This document shows positions 22,495-32,965 of a DNA stretch of 64,000 bases, piece after piece. The DNA lies in the NCBI GenBank assembly GCA_963701295.1, contig OY969585.1:1504001-1568000 (forward strand), given 5' to 3'. Under the pieces are notes generated by a model, which searched no databases, was not told the DNA's origin, and was given only the letters and a program-made list of their open reading frames with translations. Made by a program: the position numbers and the translations under genes. The stretch is from Ignavibacteriota bacterium. GTDB taxonomy: Bacteria; Bacteroidota; Ignavibacteria; UBA10030. The first letter of the stretch is position 1, and each line of letters opens with the position of its first letter.

Positions 22495-23772
22495 CTACTC
22501 GCTGACTATTTTTATGCCTTGACGTTTCGGACGATTTTCATACAAACGAAACCCGACAAGATTATAATCCGGCTCATGATTAAGTATCATTTTTTCCGGA
22601 AAATATTGTCCTTGTACACCTCCGATGACTTTTATGCGATCCACTTCGCCGCCGATGAAATCGATTAAGATATGGTCGCCGCTTGATTTATTCACGCCGT
22701 TCGGCTCCTTGTTGTCGAACAAATAATAGAGACTTGTTGCGTTTTTCTGAACATCCACTTGTTCCAATTTATCAGCACGAAAGTACATTGTCAACTCCCG
22801 GCCCGTCAATTGGTTGAATCGATTGGGAAGTGCTGTGTCGACACGAGAAACTGCCATCGCCCGGTTTTTGACCCAAAGACTTCTCAGTTTTTTATCTTCC
22901 ATAAGGGCGCGAATGGAATCGCCGGTGATTTGATTTTCTCCACTCCAGATTATAGGATGGGTTTGGAGTGCAATAATGTCTTTATGAACAAAGTATGTCG
23001 ATATACCGCACCGCGAGGACATATCACTTTTCACCATACGAACGCTGTCGATAGCAACGAAGCGATCCGTTGTGTCTTGAAACGATTGCATGATCCTGCT
23101 TTCCACCACCATTGTGTCGATAATCTTGCTGGCAGATGTATCAATTTTGACTAAACGCGGTTGTTTCATCACAAGCGTAAATTTTTGCTGCTCGAGATGA
23201 ATGAGCGAATCACCGTAGATATTGACAGCGTTGTCTTTTTCAAACATATGTACGCTGCCGGTCGCGACCGAACGAGCTTCTGTTTCATAGTAATTCAAAA
23301 CATCGCAAGTAACAATGGAAGATGTATCCACAAGAACTACATTATCCCAGAAGAGCGAGCGTTTTTCATCCACAAAATATTTTGCATTCGCTGCTGTGAG
23401 AAGTGTTTTCCCGCGTTCTAATTCCACGCCATTCCGGCCTTCCATCATTCGTTGGTCGCCGTAATAGATGCCTTCTTTCGATCGGATTGTGACGCTGTCC
23501 CGAACAACTTTCACGTTTCCAAATAATTCAATTTTATTCTGTACCATAAACCGAAGCCCACGATCACACCAGATTTTCACCAATCCGCCGGAAGTGGGAA
23601 TTTGATCGAAATGAACATTGCCTATGAGTTCGCGGACTTCTTCACCGTTCAGAGGCTTTACTTTCAGCGTGTCCGCATGTCGCAGATCAATGATGCTGCT
23701 CTGTTGAGCGGATAAGCGGCAAACAAATACAAGAAGTGTGTTCAGAAAAAGATATGTCAGGCGGCGCCGCAT
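22495..23772 (-). CDS. OstA-like (LptA-family) beta-jellyroll LPS transport protein
   Basis: Signal peptide; repeated GNV/DS(I/L) beta motifs; lies between lptC and lptB. Confidence 0.85.
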   Translation of the reverse strand: MRRRLTYLFLNTLLVFVCRLSAQQSSIIDLRHADTLKVKPLNGEEVRELIGNVHFDQIPTSGGLVKIWCDRGLRFMVQNKIELFGNVKVVRDSVTIRSKEGIYYGDQRMMEGRNGVELERGKTLLTAANAKYFVDEKRSLFWDNVVLVDTSSIVTCDVLNYYETEARSVATGSVHMFEKDNAVNIYGDSLIHLEQQKFTLVMKQPRLVKIDTSASKIIDTMVVESRIMQSFQDTTDRFVAIDSVRMVKSDMSSRCGISTYFVHKDIIALQTHPIIWSGENQITGDSIRALMEDKKLRSLWVKNRAMAVSRVDTALPNRFNQLTGRELTMYFRADKLEQVDVQKNATSLYYLFDNKEPNGVNKSSGDHILIDFIGGEVDRIKVIGGVQGQYFPEKMILNHEPDYNLVGFRLYENRPKRQGIKIVSE

Positions 23773-23777
23773 AGCTC

Positions 23778-24320
23778 TTATTCGTTTTGTGATTGACCTG
23801 TAACGCGGAAGATGCGGTAATTTTTTAAACTTTGATCCGATTCAAATCCATGTCCCTGCAGTTTATCCTTCTCTGTAGTAATTTGTACATATGCCGGAGT
23901 GTAAATGAGCTGGCGCTGGTTGTCCCAAAATAATTGTTCGGTAGTCATATGGGATGAATCGCTGGAAACGACAATTACATTCTTGCGCGCTTCCAGATTA
24001 TTGGTCGCTTCATCAACGCTTCCTTCTTCACTTGTCAGCACGGAGGTTTGAATGCCTTGCGGATTGAAGAAGCGTACCCTGACCCCCTGGCTCATTTGCG
24101 TTTTCTGGTCGGACTCGAATACACGAATATATCCAGCAAGAATAATAGCGGTAATATGTCCGGAGTCCGATACGACGATCGTGCTGTTCCAACTTTCTTG
24201 CTGCGGGAGTGTCTGGCTATCAACGGTAGAGAGTACGGATGGTTTTATTTTTTCTTCGCAACCAGAAAACATAAGCATGGCAGTACTGAGCAATGAAAAC
24301 CAGATGCAAAACGATTTCAT
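23778..24320 (-). CDS. lptC: LPS export protein LptC (lipoprotein-like signal)
   Basis: FSGC lipobox-like; TEQLFWDN, GHGFESDQSL; operon context. Confidence 0.88.
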   Translation of the reverse strand: MKSFCIWFSLLSTAMLMFSGCEEKIKPSVLSTVDSQTLPQQESWNSTIVVSDSGHITAIILAGYIRVFESDQKTQMSQGVRVRFFNPQGIQTSVLTSEEGSVDEATNNLEARKNVIVVSSDSSHMTTEQLFWDNQRQLIYTPAYVQITTEKDKLQGHGFESDQSLKNYRIFRVTGQSQNE

Positions 24321-25303
24321 GCGGAGGAATCTCCGCGCAGTCCCGCTTCAACCAGACTATGGAGGTGGAGAATTCCAACCGGGCGATGATCAGTATCCAC
24401 GACAATAAGCTGAGTAATTTTATAGGATTCCATAACCTCCAATGCCTGAGCAGCAAGCATGTTTTGGCTGATGGTTTTTGGATTTTGCGTCATCACTCGG
24501 CTAACCGTAAGGTTTGAAATATCAATTCTTCGCTGAAGGAGACGGCGAAGATCGCCATCGGTGAGCATGCCGCAAAGAATGCCGGCATCGTTCACGACGC
24601 ACGTAGCGCCCAATCGCTTTGAGCTGATTTCCGCGATGGCATCAGACACAGAAACATTTTCATTCACAAGCGGGATATCGCTGCCTGTAATCATCATTGC
24701 ATCGACTTTCAAGAGCAATTGTTTGCCAAGATTGCCGCCTGGATGGAACAATGCAAAATCTTCTTTGGTGAAGTTGCGCTTTTGCAGAAGCGTGATGGCA
24801 AGCGCATCACCCATTGCCAGTGCGGCTGTCGTCGAGGAAGTTGGGGCGAGATCGTACGGGCACGCTTCTTCTTTCACACTGGTGTCAAGGACGAAATCGC
24901 TCTGCTTGCTCAACGGCGAATTCAAATTGCCTACCATGGCGATCACCTTCACACCAAGTTGTTGAAATCGAGGCAGAAGCTGGCGCAATTCAGCTGTATC
25001 ACCGCTCTTTGATATGCATATCACAACATCATCGGGTGTCACCATTCCTAAATCACCATGCACCGCATCGGAAGGATGCATAAATGCAGAAGGAGTACCG
25101 GTGGAGTTCATGGTTGCGGCAATCTTGCGTGCGATAATGCCTGACTTTCCCATGCCGGTAAGAACGACACGGCCCTTTGCATTGAAGATGAGATCGACCG
25201 ATGCAGCAAAATTTCCATTGATATGCGATTCAAGAGCTGCAATAGCTTCCGCTTCGATGCGGATAATCTCTTTTCCTTTTTGGATTGTAGCATCAGCGTT
25301 CAT
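24317..25303 (-). CDS. kdsD: Arabinose-5-phosphate isomerase KpsF/GutQ (SIS + CBS)
   Basis: GMGKSG, HGDLG, EACPYDLAPTSSTT, HPGGNLG, TDGDLRR. Confidence 0.95.
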   Translation of the reverse strand: MNADATIQKGKEIIRIEAEAIAALESHINGNFAASVDLIFNAKGRVVLTGMGKSGIIARKIAATMNSTGTPSAFMHPSDAVHGDLGMVTPDDVVICISKSGDTAELRQLLPRFQQLGVKVIAMVGNLNSPLSKQSDFVLDTSVKEEACPYDLAPTSSTTAALAMGDALAITLLQKRNFTKEDFALFHPGGNLGKQLLLKVDAMMITGSDIPLVNENVSVSDAIAEISSKRLGATCVVNDAGILCGMLTDGDLRRLLQRRIDISNLTVSRVMTQNPKTISQNMLAAQALEVMESYKITQLIVVDTDHRPVGILHLHSLVEAGLRGDSSA

Positions 25304-25321
25304 AGTGTTCTCAGGTAACTT

Positions 25322-25816
25322 CTAATGTTGTAGAATTAAATCGATCACTTCCCTCACAGCACCGTTTCCGCCACTGCAAGTACAAACAAAATGAACCCGC
25401 TTCTTTACAGCGGGGACGGCATCTGATGGGGCAGCTGAAAAACCAACGCATTCCAGCACCGGCAGATCAAATTCATCATCGCCGATGTAAGCAATCTCTG
25501 TATCGGCTAAATTCCATTTTGCTTTTATATGTTCGTAAACTTCCAATTTGTTTTCAGGGTTCTGATGAATCTCTGTAATGCCCAATTCTTCTGCACGCCT
25601 CGTAACAATATTTGATACGCGTCCGGTGATAATTCCAACTTTGATACCGGTGCGCTGGAGTTTTACGATACCATATCCATCTTGGATATTGAATTTTTTA
25701 AACTCATCTCCGGAGTTGGATAAATAGATTCCGCCGTCGGTCATTACACCATCCACATCAAGGAGGAGGAGCTTGATCTTGTGAAGTCTGGAGTTGATCG
25801 ATTGTTTGTGTGGCAT
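25322..25816 (-). CDS. kdsC: Kdo 8-phosphate phosphatase (HAD family)
   Basis: LDVDGVMTDG, YIGDDEFD, GGNGAVRE. Confidence 0.95.
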   Translation of the reverse strand: MPHKQSINSRLHKIKLLLLDVDGVMTDGGIYLSNSGDEFKKFNIQDGYGIVKLQRTGIKVGIITGRVSNIVTRRAEELGITEIHQNPENKLEVYEHIKAKWNLADTEIAYIGDDEFDLPVLECVGFSAAPSDAVPAVKKRVHFVCTCSGGNGAVREVIDLILQH

Positions 25817-25827
25817 AAGATTTGACC

Positions 25828-26661
25828 TTACAACTTCTTGACAAGATCGTCAATTGCTTTTACTTGCTTTACCAATTCTTCAAGCAAATCCAATTTCAAT
25901 TGACTTGCAGAATCACTGAGCGCTTGAGCAGGATTCGGATGTGTTTCGATGAAGAGCGCATCGCATCCTGCGGCAACTCCAGCGCGGGCGATGGGGAAAA
26001 TAAATTCCGGTTGACCGCCGCTCTGATTCTTCTCGCCTCCGGGAAGCTGCACCGAATGCGTCGCATCCAACACAACGGGATAACCAGATTTCCGCATAAT
26101 CGGCAGTGAACGCATATCCACTACAAGATTGTGATAACCGAACATTGTTCCGCGTTCGGTGAGAAGAATCTTATCGTTGCCCGTTGCAGCAATCTTCGCG
26201 GCAGCAAGATGCATATCATCCGGGGCAACAAATTGTCCCTTCTTAATATTCACAACCTTACCAGTTTTCCCAGCTGCTTCGAGCAACTCGGTTTGCCGGC
26301 AAAGAAACGCAGGAATCTGCAGCACATCGACAACCTCGGCGGCAATCGGTGCTTCGGCAGGACAATGGATATCGGTAAGAACCGGCACATGGAATTCACG
26401 CTTCACTTCTGCAAGAATCTGCAATGCTTTTTCATCGCCTATCGTTGTAAAGGAATTGCGGCTTGTGCGGTTCGCTTTTTTGTAGGAAGACTTGAAGATG
26501 AAAGGTATCCGGTGCCGTTCTGTAATAGAATAGATAGTCTTCGCAGTCTGGAGAATCATTTCGCGATTCTCAATGACACAAGGTCCGGCAATGAGCACCA
26601 ATGGATGGTTACCGCCGATGTGAATTGTGCTGACCGATATGGTTTTCGTAGGGGTATTCAT
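25828..26661 (-). CDS. kdsA: Kdo 8-phosphate synthase
   Basis: IAGPCVIE, KANRTS, QIPAFLCRQT, DATHSVQ. Confidence 0.97.
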   Translation of the reverse strand: MNTPTKTISVSTIHIGGNHPLVLIAGPCVIENREMILQTAKTIYSITERHRIPFIFKSSYKKANRTSRNSFTTIGDEKALQILAEVKREFHVPVLTDIHCPAEAPIAAEVVDVLQIPAFLCRQTELLEAAGKTGKVVNIKKGQFVAPDDMHLAAAKIAATGNDKILLTERGTMFGYHNLVVDMRSLPIMRKSGYPVVLDATHSVQLPGGEKNQSGGQPEFIFPIARAGVAAGCDALFIETHPNPAQALSDSASQLKLDLLEELVKQVKAIDDLVKKL

Positions 26662-26788
26662 CGTGCCGCTGATGTGTTTATGTTGGAAAACATACGAAAA
26701 AAAGGCGGAACAATCAAAGAAACCCATTTCATTCAAATCCTTGCATCTACCACCTTATTGCATTATTTTAAGATCGGTTAAGTATATT

Positions 26789-27637
26789 ATGACGCTCCAA
26801 GCATACGCAAAAATCAATATCGGGCTTTATATCCTCGGCAAGCGGTCGGATGGCTATCACGATCTCGAAACTATATTCCATGAAATCGATCTGTTTGATG
26901 AAATAGACTTGGAGCCGCATAAAACATTAGAAATGAATGCCGACTCTATTCTTGTTCCTATTGATGAGTCCAACCTCTGTCTTAAAGCTGCGAACATACT
27001 TCAGAAAGAGAGAAAGATTAAGGAAGGAGTGAAGATTCAACTACGAAAAAACATTCCTATCGGGGCCGGACTCGGTGGCGGTAGCAGTGATGCCGCAGCA
27101 GTTCTTTGCGGATTGAACGAGCTATGGAAATTGAAATTATCCAACCATCAATTGCGGACGATTGCAGGGCAAATCGGTTCGGACATTCCATTCTTCATTG
27201 AAGGTGGAAATGCTTATGCTAGCGGACGCGGTGAAATACTGGAACATTTTTCTTTAGACATACCATTTTGGATAGCGGTCGTTACGCCGCTGATTCATAT
27301 TTCAACAACATGGGCGTATACTCATCTCAAGCTGCAGCGTGATGGAAAAGGATCCGAACTGCGGACGAAGATCGCTAAACACATATCGAACCCCAAAAAA
27401 ATAACATCGCTTGTACAAAATGATTTTGAGCAATCAACCATAAGCGTTTATCCGGAAATTGGTCGTCTCAAAGAGAAACTGAAAGAGCAGGGAGCGGTGT
27501 TTTCGTTAATGAGCGGAAGCGGTTCTTCTGTGTTTGGTTTTTTTGAGAGCGAAAAGAAAGCGCTCGATGCACTTGGATCATTTCCAAAAAACTACCAGAC
27601 GTCTCTTACGGCACCAACATTTAAACCGGGCCGTTAA
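26789..27637 (+). CDS. ispE: 4-diphosphocytidyl-2-C-methyl-D-erythritol kinase
   Basis: AKINIGL, DGYHDLET, IPIGAGLGGGSSDAA, GSDIPFF, MSGSGS. Confidence 0.96.
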   Translation: MTLQAYAKINIGLYILGKRSDGYHDLETIFHEIDLFDEIDLEPHKTLEMNADSILVPIDESNLCLKAANILQKERKIKEGVKIQLRKNIPIGAGLGGGSSDAAAVLCGLNELWKLKLSNHQLRTIAGQIGSDIPFFIEGGNAYASGRGEILEHFSLDIPFWIAVVTPLIHISTTWAYTHLKLQRDGKGSELRTKIAKHISNPKKITSLVQNDFEQSTISVYPEIGRLKEKLKEQGAVFSLMSGSGSSVFGFFESEKKALDALGSFPKNYQTSLTAPTFKPGR

Positions 27638-27655
27638 TCTCTTGCTGGCTGCACT

Positions 27656-29704
27656 TTGAAATCCGTTCTCTACATTGAAGCTTTTCTGATTCTTCAAGTT
27701 TGGACCATCGTTTTTCCTCAACATCGTACTGAAAAAAGGTCAGAGCGTGCTCCTGTCGATACTGCTACGGTGAGAGGCACAGTACAAGAAGGAAAGAACA
27801 TGTCTGTCGTTGGTCTAAGTAAACCGACAGATTCGACGGCTCATGCTCCTATAGATACAACAGTTGTAGATTCGGTTCGCATCCGTTTTATTCCCGGTAT
27901 GGGTCAGATCACTAGTGATGTCGATTCACTCAGCGTACTGTATCAGAAACAATTTTTATGGAGCGATGCAAAAGTTGTTAGTGATATTATTTGGAAATTG
28001 CCGGGGTTTTTCTATCGTGATTTGGGTGAAGCGGGGAAGTGGGGTCAGCTTAATGCCTTTGGGATGGATGGACGTGCTATCGGTATTCTCATAGATGGAC
28101 GGCCGATGAATGATCCGGTGACAGGTACATACAATCTTTCAGACTTGCCGCTCGAATTTATCGATCACGCTGAAATTCTTTCTGGTACTGCCTCAAGAGC
28201 GACTTTATCAGATGCGGCCGGCACAGCGCTAAATTTCGTTTCGCGTTCCTACAACAGTTATCGTCCGTTGACAAAACTCCGATTTGTTCAGGATCCAAAA
28301 GGGACATTGCTGACCGATGGACTTTTCACGCAGAATGTTTCCCGTGGTTTGAATCTTATGGTCGGATTTTCTCGACAGGTCTCTGACGGTCGTTATATCA
28401 ATGCTAGTTTGGATGCATGGAATGTGCGAACTCGTTTACGATATGATATTTCCGATAGATTTAATATTTCACTCACAGATTTTTATACAAAAGCCGGAAA
28501 TGGACTCAATGGAGGCGTCAACACATCACAATCCGAGAGTGTTTTTGCTGAAGCGGGAGCGATAGTAAATGACCTATATGTATGGGATAAACGATCGCGA
28601 CGGGATGTCACTTTAAATACCATTGCACGTATTTTTTCCGATTCCTCTTTTACAACACAGGCAAATGTCTATTACAGTACGATGGAGCGTGAATATTATA
28701 ATCCGTCAATTAGTTTGATTGATGATTTTACTCGATCGTCTTTTTGGGGCGCCTCTCTTCGGCAGCAGTTTTGCTTGGATTCCGTTCGTTGTACTCTTGG
28801 AGGATCATGGGAACAACGCAAGAGCGATTCTACAAGGGTGCTTGCATCACATCTCGAATCTGAGCAGTCTCTGTTTCTCCAAGCAGAGCTGCGGTTGATA
28901 AACATATTCATACCGTCAGTATCTTTGCGTTCAACTTCGCTTGATGGAGAAAGTTCGCTGAGCACCGGTGCCGGAGTGAAATCTGCAATCGTAGATTGGT
29001 TGACAATATCTGCTGATGTCTCATGGTTTGACAGATTCCCAACGTTTCAAGAACGATATTGGACTGATTCGACGTTTCTCCGCGCAAACGAAATCCAGAA
29101 AGAGCAGCATGAACTTATCCAGGGTGGATTTACTTTTCAGGCGGGATCAAATCTCGAGATCAGTCTCACAGGTTTTCAGCGGAACGTGAAACGCGCGATC
29201 GTTTTTCAACCGGCTGTGACGGCGGGAGGTTCTCCTGCTATCAGTATTTCCAACGCACGAGAAGTTGCTATACAAGGTATGACCGGAAGCGCAGTAATTC
29301 GCTGGCACAAGTTTGACGTATTAGGCGTTTTGACATTAACGCGCTATAAAGAAGTCGATACGTTGAAGACTTTAATGCCCGATGTTATTCTTGCCGGCGA
29401 AATGAGTTATCGTGACACCTTCTTCAAAGATAAACTTGATGCAAAGTTTGGCGTGCGCTCGCAGTTTTATAACCGGCAGCAGGGCATGCAGTTTGATCCG
29501 CAGACGCTTTTGTATTTTCAAAATAATACAAGCATCATAGGGCGTTCAACAACCCTCGATCTGTTTATGATTCTTAAGATTGGCGATGCTCACATCTCGC
29601 TTTCATGGCAGAATATTTTGAATGCATCATACATCCTTTCTCCGATCTATCCGATGCCGGGCAGATATATTCGAGTCGGTGTAAACTGGGTGTTTTTAGA
29701 TTGA
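27656..29704 (+). CDS. TonB-dependent-receptor-like outer-membrane protein (plug + barrel)
   Basis: Signal peptide; plug motif ILIDGRPMND...IDHAEIL; C-terminal YPMPGRYIRVGVNWVFLD; TTG start uncertain. Confidence 0.75.
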   Translation: MKSVLYIEAFLILQVWTIVFPQHRTEKRSERAPVDTATVRGTVQEGKNMSVVGLSKPTDSTAHAPIDTTVVDSVRIRFIPGMGQITSDVDSLSVLYQKQFLWSDAKVVSDIIWKLPGFFYRDLGEAGKWGQLNAFGMDGRAIGILIDGRPMNDPVTGTYNLSDLPLEFIDHAEILSGTASRATLSDAAGTALNFVSRSYNSYRPLTKLRFVQDPKGTLLTDGLFTQNVSRGLNLMVGFSRQVSDGRYINASLDAWNVRTRLRYDISDRFNISLTDFYTKAGNGLNGGVNTSQSESVFAEAGAIVNDLYVWDKRSRRDVTLNTIARIFSDSSFTTQANVYYSTMEREYYNPSISLIDDFTRSSFWGASLRQQFCLDSVRCTLGGSWEQRKSDSTRVLASHLESEQSLFLQAELRLINIFIPSVSLRSTSLDGESSLSTGAGVKSAIVDWLTISADVSWFDRFPTFQERYWTDSTFLRANEIQKEQHELIQGGFTFQAGSNLEISLTGFQRNVKRAIVFQPAVTAGGSPAISISNAREVAIQGMTGSAVIRWHKFDVLGVLTLTRYKEVDTLKTLMPDVILAGEMSYRDTFFKDKLDAKFGVRSQFYNRQQGMQFDPQTLLYFQNNTSIIGRSTTLDLFMILKIGDAHISLSWQNILNASYILSPIYPMPGRYIRVGVNWVFLD

Positions 29705-29779
29705 GTGGTCAAACACTTGAGCCGATGAGCAGATAAGAAGTGAAGTAGGTGAGAAGGTAAGTTGTCGAAGGGATAAATA

Positions 29780-30328
29780 ATGGAGATAGCGAGAAAAATA
29801 GTGACAGTTTTTGGCAGTTCGCGCCTAAGCGAGGGTGATGAAGAATACTGGCTTGCATACGAAGTTGGGAAAAACCTTGCCCTCCATGGATTCACTGTTT
29901 GCAACGGCGGATATGCAGGCATTATGGAAGCATCGGCGCGGGGAGCGAAAGAGGCAGGCGGTAAAACAATTGGCGTAACTTTTAAAAACAACTTCAAGAA
30001 GAATGTCAATCATTGGATTGATGAAGAAATGTTTCAGCCGACGCTTCTTGAGCGAATGATGAAACTTGTTGAGTTAGGCAATGCATATGTTGTGCTCAAA
30101 GGAGGAACCGGCACACTGCTCGAACTTGCCGCCGTGTGGGAATTTATCAATAAAGGACTTCTGAAAGAAAAACCAATCGTGATTGTCGGAGATTTCTGGG
30201 ATGGCGTTATCGAAACACTGCGGAAAGAATTACTCTGGGAAGGCGATGGCGATTGCACGAAGTATATTCATCGAACCTCATCACCGGAAGAATGCGCCAA
30301 ACTTTTAAAAGACCGACTTCATGAATAA
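29780..30328 (+). CDS. LOG family nucleotide phosphoribohydrolase
   Basis: VTVFGSS, NGGYAGIMEA..RGAKEAGG, GGTGTLLEL. Confidence 0.9.
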   Translation: MEIARKIVTVFGSSRLSEGDEEYWLAYEVGKNLALHGFTVCNGGYAGIMEASARGAKEAGGKTIGVTFKNNFKKNVNHWIDEEMFQPTLLERMMKLVELGNAYVVLKGGTGTLLELAAVWEFINKGLLKEKPIVIVGDFWDGVIETLRKELLWEGDGDCTKYIHRTSSPEECAKLLKDRLHE

Positions 30329-30411
30329 CTCATCCGATGATGCAGATGTAATGCGACTCTCCATTCCGTATGAACGGAAAAAATCATGACGGTAGTCTTT
30401 TCTCATCAACC

Positions 30412-32445
30412 TTATTTCAACAAAACGAGTTTCCTTGTTTCGCTCGATATAGTGGACTGCCCGCTTGATATTTGACGGACTTGTATTCGATAGAAATATA
30501 TGCCGCTGGAAAGGTCTCTCGCATTAAATTGGATCTCGTGGTTCCCAGCTGTCTTTTCTTCATTGACAAGTACTGATACTTGACGCCCTAACGCATCGAA
30601 GATATTGATTGAAACAAAACTACGAATCGGCAGTGAATAACTGATTATTGTTGTAGGATTAAATGGATTCGGATAGTTCTGATATAAGACGAATCCGGAC
30701 GGCATGATCACTTCGTTCACAGAAGTGCTTACGGATAGAGGTATGAACAATTCTATACCATTACCTGTTCCTAGATTTCTTGTGTATTGCTTATCGATTG
30801 GGTTATTCCAGTGTTCATGCACACCAAGGCTCGATAATCTTATGCCGTCCTTATTTGGGGCATAGAAAGTTCCCGAAGGTGGATTATTGGCTTGAGCCGC
30901 TTCATGAAGATAATTATCCACATTTCCAAAAACGACGTTTATTGTGCTGCCATCTAAATCATATACCTGAGTAAATTTTTTATTTATCGCCTGTTCAGTG
31001 CGAAGGAAATCGATAATCACGCTTTCGAGTGCGACTTCATCTTGTGAAATAAAGATACTTGAAGTCCAGCGGTTATTAAACGGAGGCTGCTGGAACTTGA
31101 GCGCAGATGTGTTAGGGTCGTTTTCTACCGGAACTACATATAGACCATCGGTCATGAAAAACAGTGTTTTTCCTCCGAGGTCTTTATTTCCCATTAAGTC
31201 GACCAAAGGGTTATAAGTACCCATGGGCCTGCCCAAAAAATTCCATTCTGTGTTGGTAGCATTATCTATATAATCATGCACAGTGATATAGGGATGCACA
31301 CCAACAGAATGAGGAGTATTGACATCCCCATCTGCGCTCATTGAGCCAAAATGATTCTTTGCGCATCCTGTGACGCCCACATATCGATGCCCTTTAAGAT
31401 TTGCAAAATTAATAATATATGAAGCATGAGTGACTAATGTAGGAAGATACCCGGTGTGAAGTCCACCAGTTGGTTGCTCGAGTACTAAATTTTGTGAAAA
31501 ATGGATGGAAACAGTATCCCGTTTGTAAGCTTCCTGATTATGCGCAACAACACTTCCGACAAAATGAACGTATGGAAATTCCTTCTTACATTTATCGGTA
31601 ACAGATGCAGGGATAGTACGCATTATATCATAAAATGTGATGTTGCTATCAATAACACCTGCATTATTGACTAATTGTCGCGTCAGTGCCAGGACTAATT
31701 GTGGCGTACTAAAATTGTTGTTACTATTCGATGTGCTTGTGGATTGGACAAGACTTAGTTTAATTGCAATTTTTTCTCCCGCCTGATATCCAATATTGCC
31801 TTTACCATGCTCTTGGTTAAAGAATTTAAACAGCGTATCCCATGCAGCAACGTCTGTAGATTTTCCTGTCAGTCCACGGACGGATTTTGACAGCATCGAA
31901 TCTACAACAGTCTGAATTGTATTTGTTTCACTCCACCAGTATCCTGTAGTTCCGTTCCATTTTGTAGCTTCAGGATCCCACATCCAAACGACGCGTCCAG
32001 GGAAAATGCCTTTCGCTGTACCCATTGGAGTATTTGCAGAATCAGTCGGCACAAAAATTGAGTCAGCTAGAACAGAGTGCGCATAGGATTCATTATCCGT
32101 GTGGAGAATTGTAAATAATCCAGCCACAACGCTGGCAAGAACAAAAATCGATGCAAGAGCATATTTGGAATTTCGAAAATAGGTCCTTGCCTTTTTGAAC
32201 GAAAAAACCGCTGCAACCAGCGTGATGATGTACAAAAGAAAACCACTGGCAATTGGTGCTGCCACTTTCATACACGGATACTCTGCTCGGCTCGGTTTTG
32301 GAATGATCCGAATAAGCATCCAAATCAAACTAACCAATCCTATCAAAGGAAAGAAAAATCGTACCAATATGTTCCTTTTGAGGTTTTTATGATGTTTTTT
32401 TGACATCTTATAGTGAGGACAATCCGAGGATTTTAGTTGTTCCAT
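30412..32445 (-). CDS. DUF362-domain protein with T9SS C-terminal sorting domain
   Basis: N-terminal TM helices with RIIPKPSRAEYPC; GEKIAIKL; INFANLKGH..GVTGCAKNHFG; C-terminal QNYPNPFNPTT...SGIYFYRI; true start may be 32406. Confidence 0.8.
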   Translation of the reverse strand: MEQLKSSDCPHYKMSKKHHKNLKRNILVRFFFPLIGLVSLIWMLIRIIPKPSRAEYPCMKVAAPIASGFLLYIITLVAAVFSFKKARTYFRNSKYALASIFVLASVVAGLFTILHTDNESYAHSVLADSIFVPTDSANTPMGTAKGIFPGRVVWMWDPEATKWNGTTGYWWSETNTIQTVVDSMLSKSVRGLTGKSTDVAAWDTLFKFFNQEHGKGNIGYQAGEKIAIKLSLVQSTSTSNSNNNFSTPQLVLALTRQLVNNAGVIDSNITFYDIMRTIPASVTDKCKKEFPYVHFVGSVVAHNQEAYKRDTVSIHFSQNLVLEQPTGGLHTGYLPTLVTHASYIINFANLKGHRYVGVTGCAKNHFGSMSADGDVNTPHSVGVHPYITVHDYIDNATNTEWNFLGRPMGTYNPLVDLMGNKDLGGKTLFFMTDGLYVVPVENDPNTSALKFQQPPFNNRWTSSIFISQDEVALESVIIDFLRTEQAINKKFTQVYDLDGSTINVVFGNVDNYLHEAAQANNPPSGTFYAPNKDGIRLSSLGVHEHWNNPIDKQYTRNLGTGNGIELFIPLSVSTSVNEVIMPSGFVLYQNYPNPFNPTTIISYSLPIRSFVSINIFDALGRQVSVLVNEEKTAGNHEIQFNARDLSSGIYFYRIQVRQISSGQSTISSETRKLVLLK

Positions 32446-32803
32446 TTTTTTATTCCCTTGATTTATAATCGCTAAATACTTTTTCCCAAATTGTTCATAA
32501 ACTCTTTTTTATATTGATCTAACCTTGACAAGCATGCGATACAGTCAAAGCAAAAAATGCTTCAACTATGATGCCTATAAAAACCGGCGTTCTGAGCATA
32601 ATTCGTCATCAGACTTATTGAGAGTGGAAGTAATTGTGCTGAATTTCGCATATATGGTAAAAAAAAGGGGAGTTTTCTTTGAACTATTTGGAAGTGAGCC
32701 TTAGGCACTTGCAATGAACAAACTCAGCCCAATCGCTCTAGCATCTTTTATCTCACTTTGGTTGGAGTTTTGAAAATGGAATGACATTGTCTATGTCAGC
32801 ATA

Positions 32804-32914
32804 GAGAGCAAAAGAAGCAGATAGCAAAATGTAGGTGTACCGTTTCACGACACCTTCGAGAAGAGTGTGAATCGCTCGATCGATGAAGAAATGTTTCAAC
32901 CGATACTTGTTGAG
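32804..32914 (+). pseudogene. Decayed partial copy of the LOG gene
   Basis: ttcgagaagagtgtgaatcgctcgatcgatgaagaaatgtttcaaccgatacttgttgag aligns with ttcaagaagaatgtcaatcattggattgatgaagaaatgtttcagccgacgcttcttgag inside the LOG gene (about 29993-30052). Confidence 0.7.
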
Positions 32915-32931
32915 TATTTGTCGATTCCATA

Positions 32932-32962
32932 GTAATCCATTCTAACAGAGAGAATGGATTAC
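32932..32962 (-). terminator. Hairpin at the 3' end of the GH13 gene
   Basis: GTAATCCATTCT-aacagag-AGAATGGATTAC, perfect 12-bp stem. Confidence 0.7.
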
Positions 32963-32965
32963 ATA

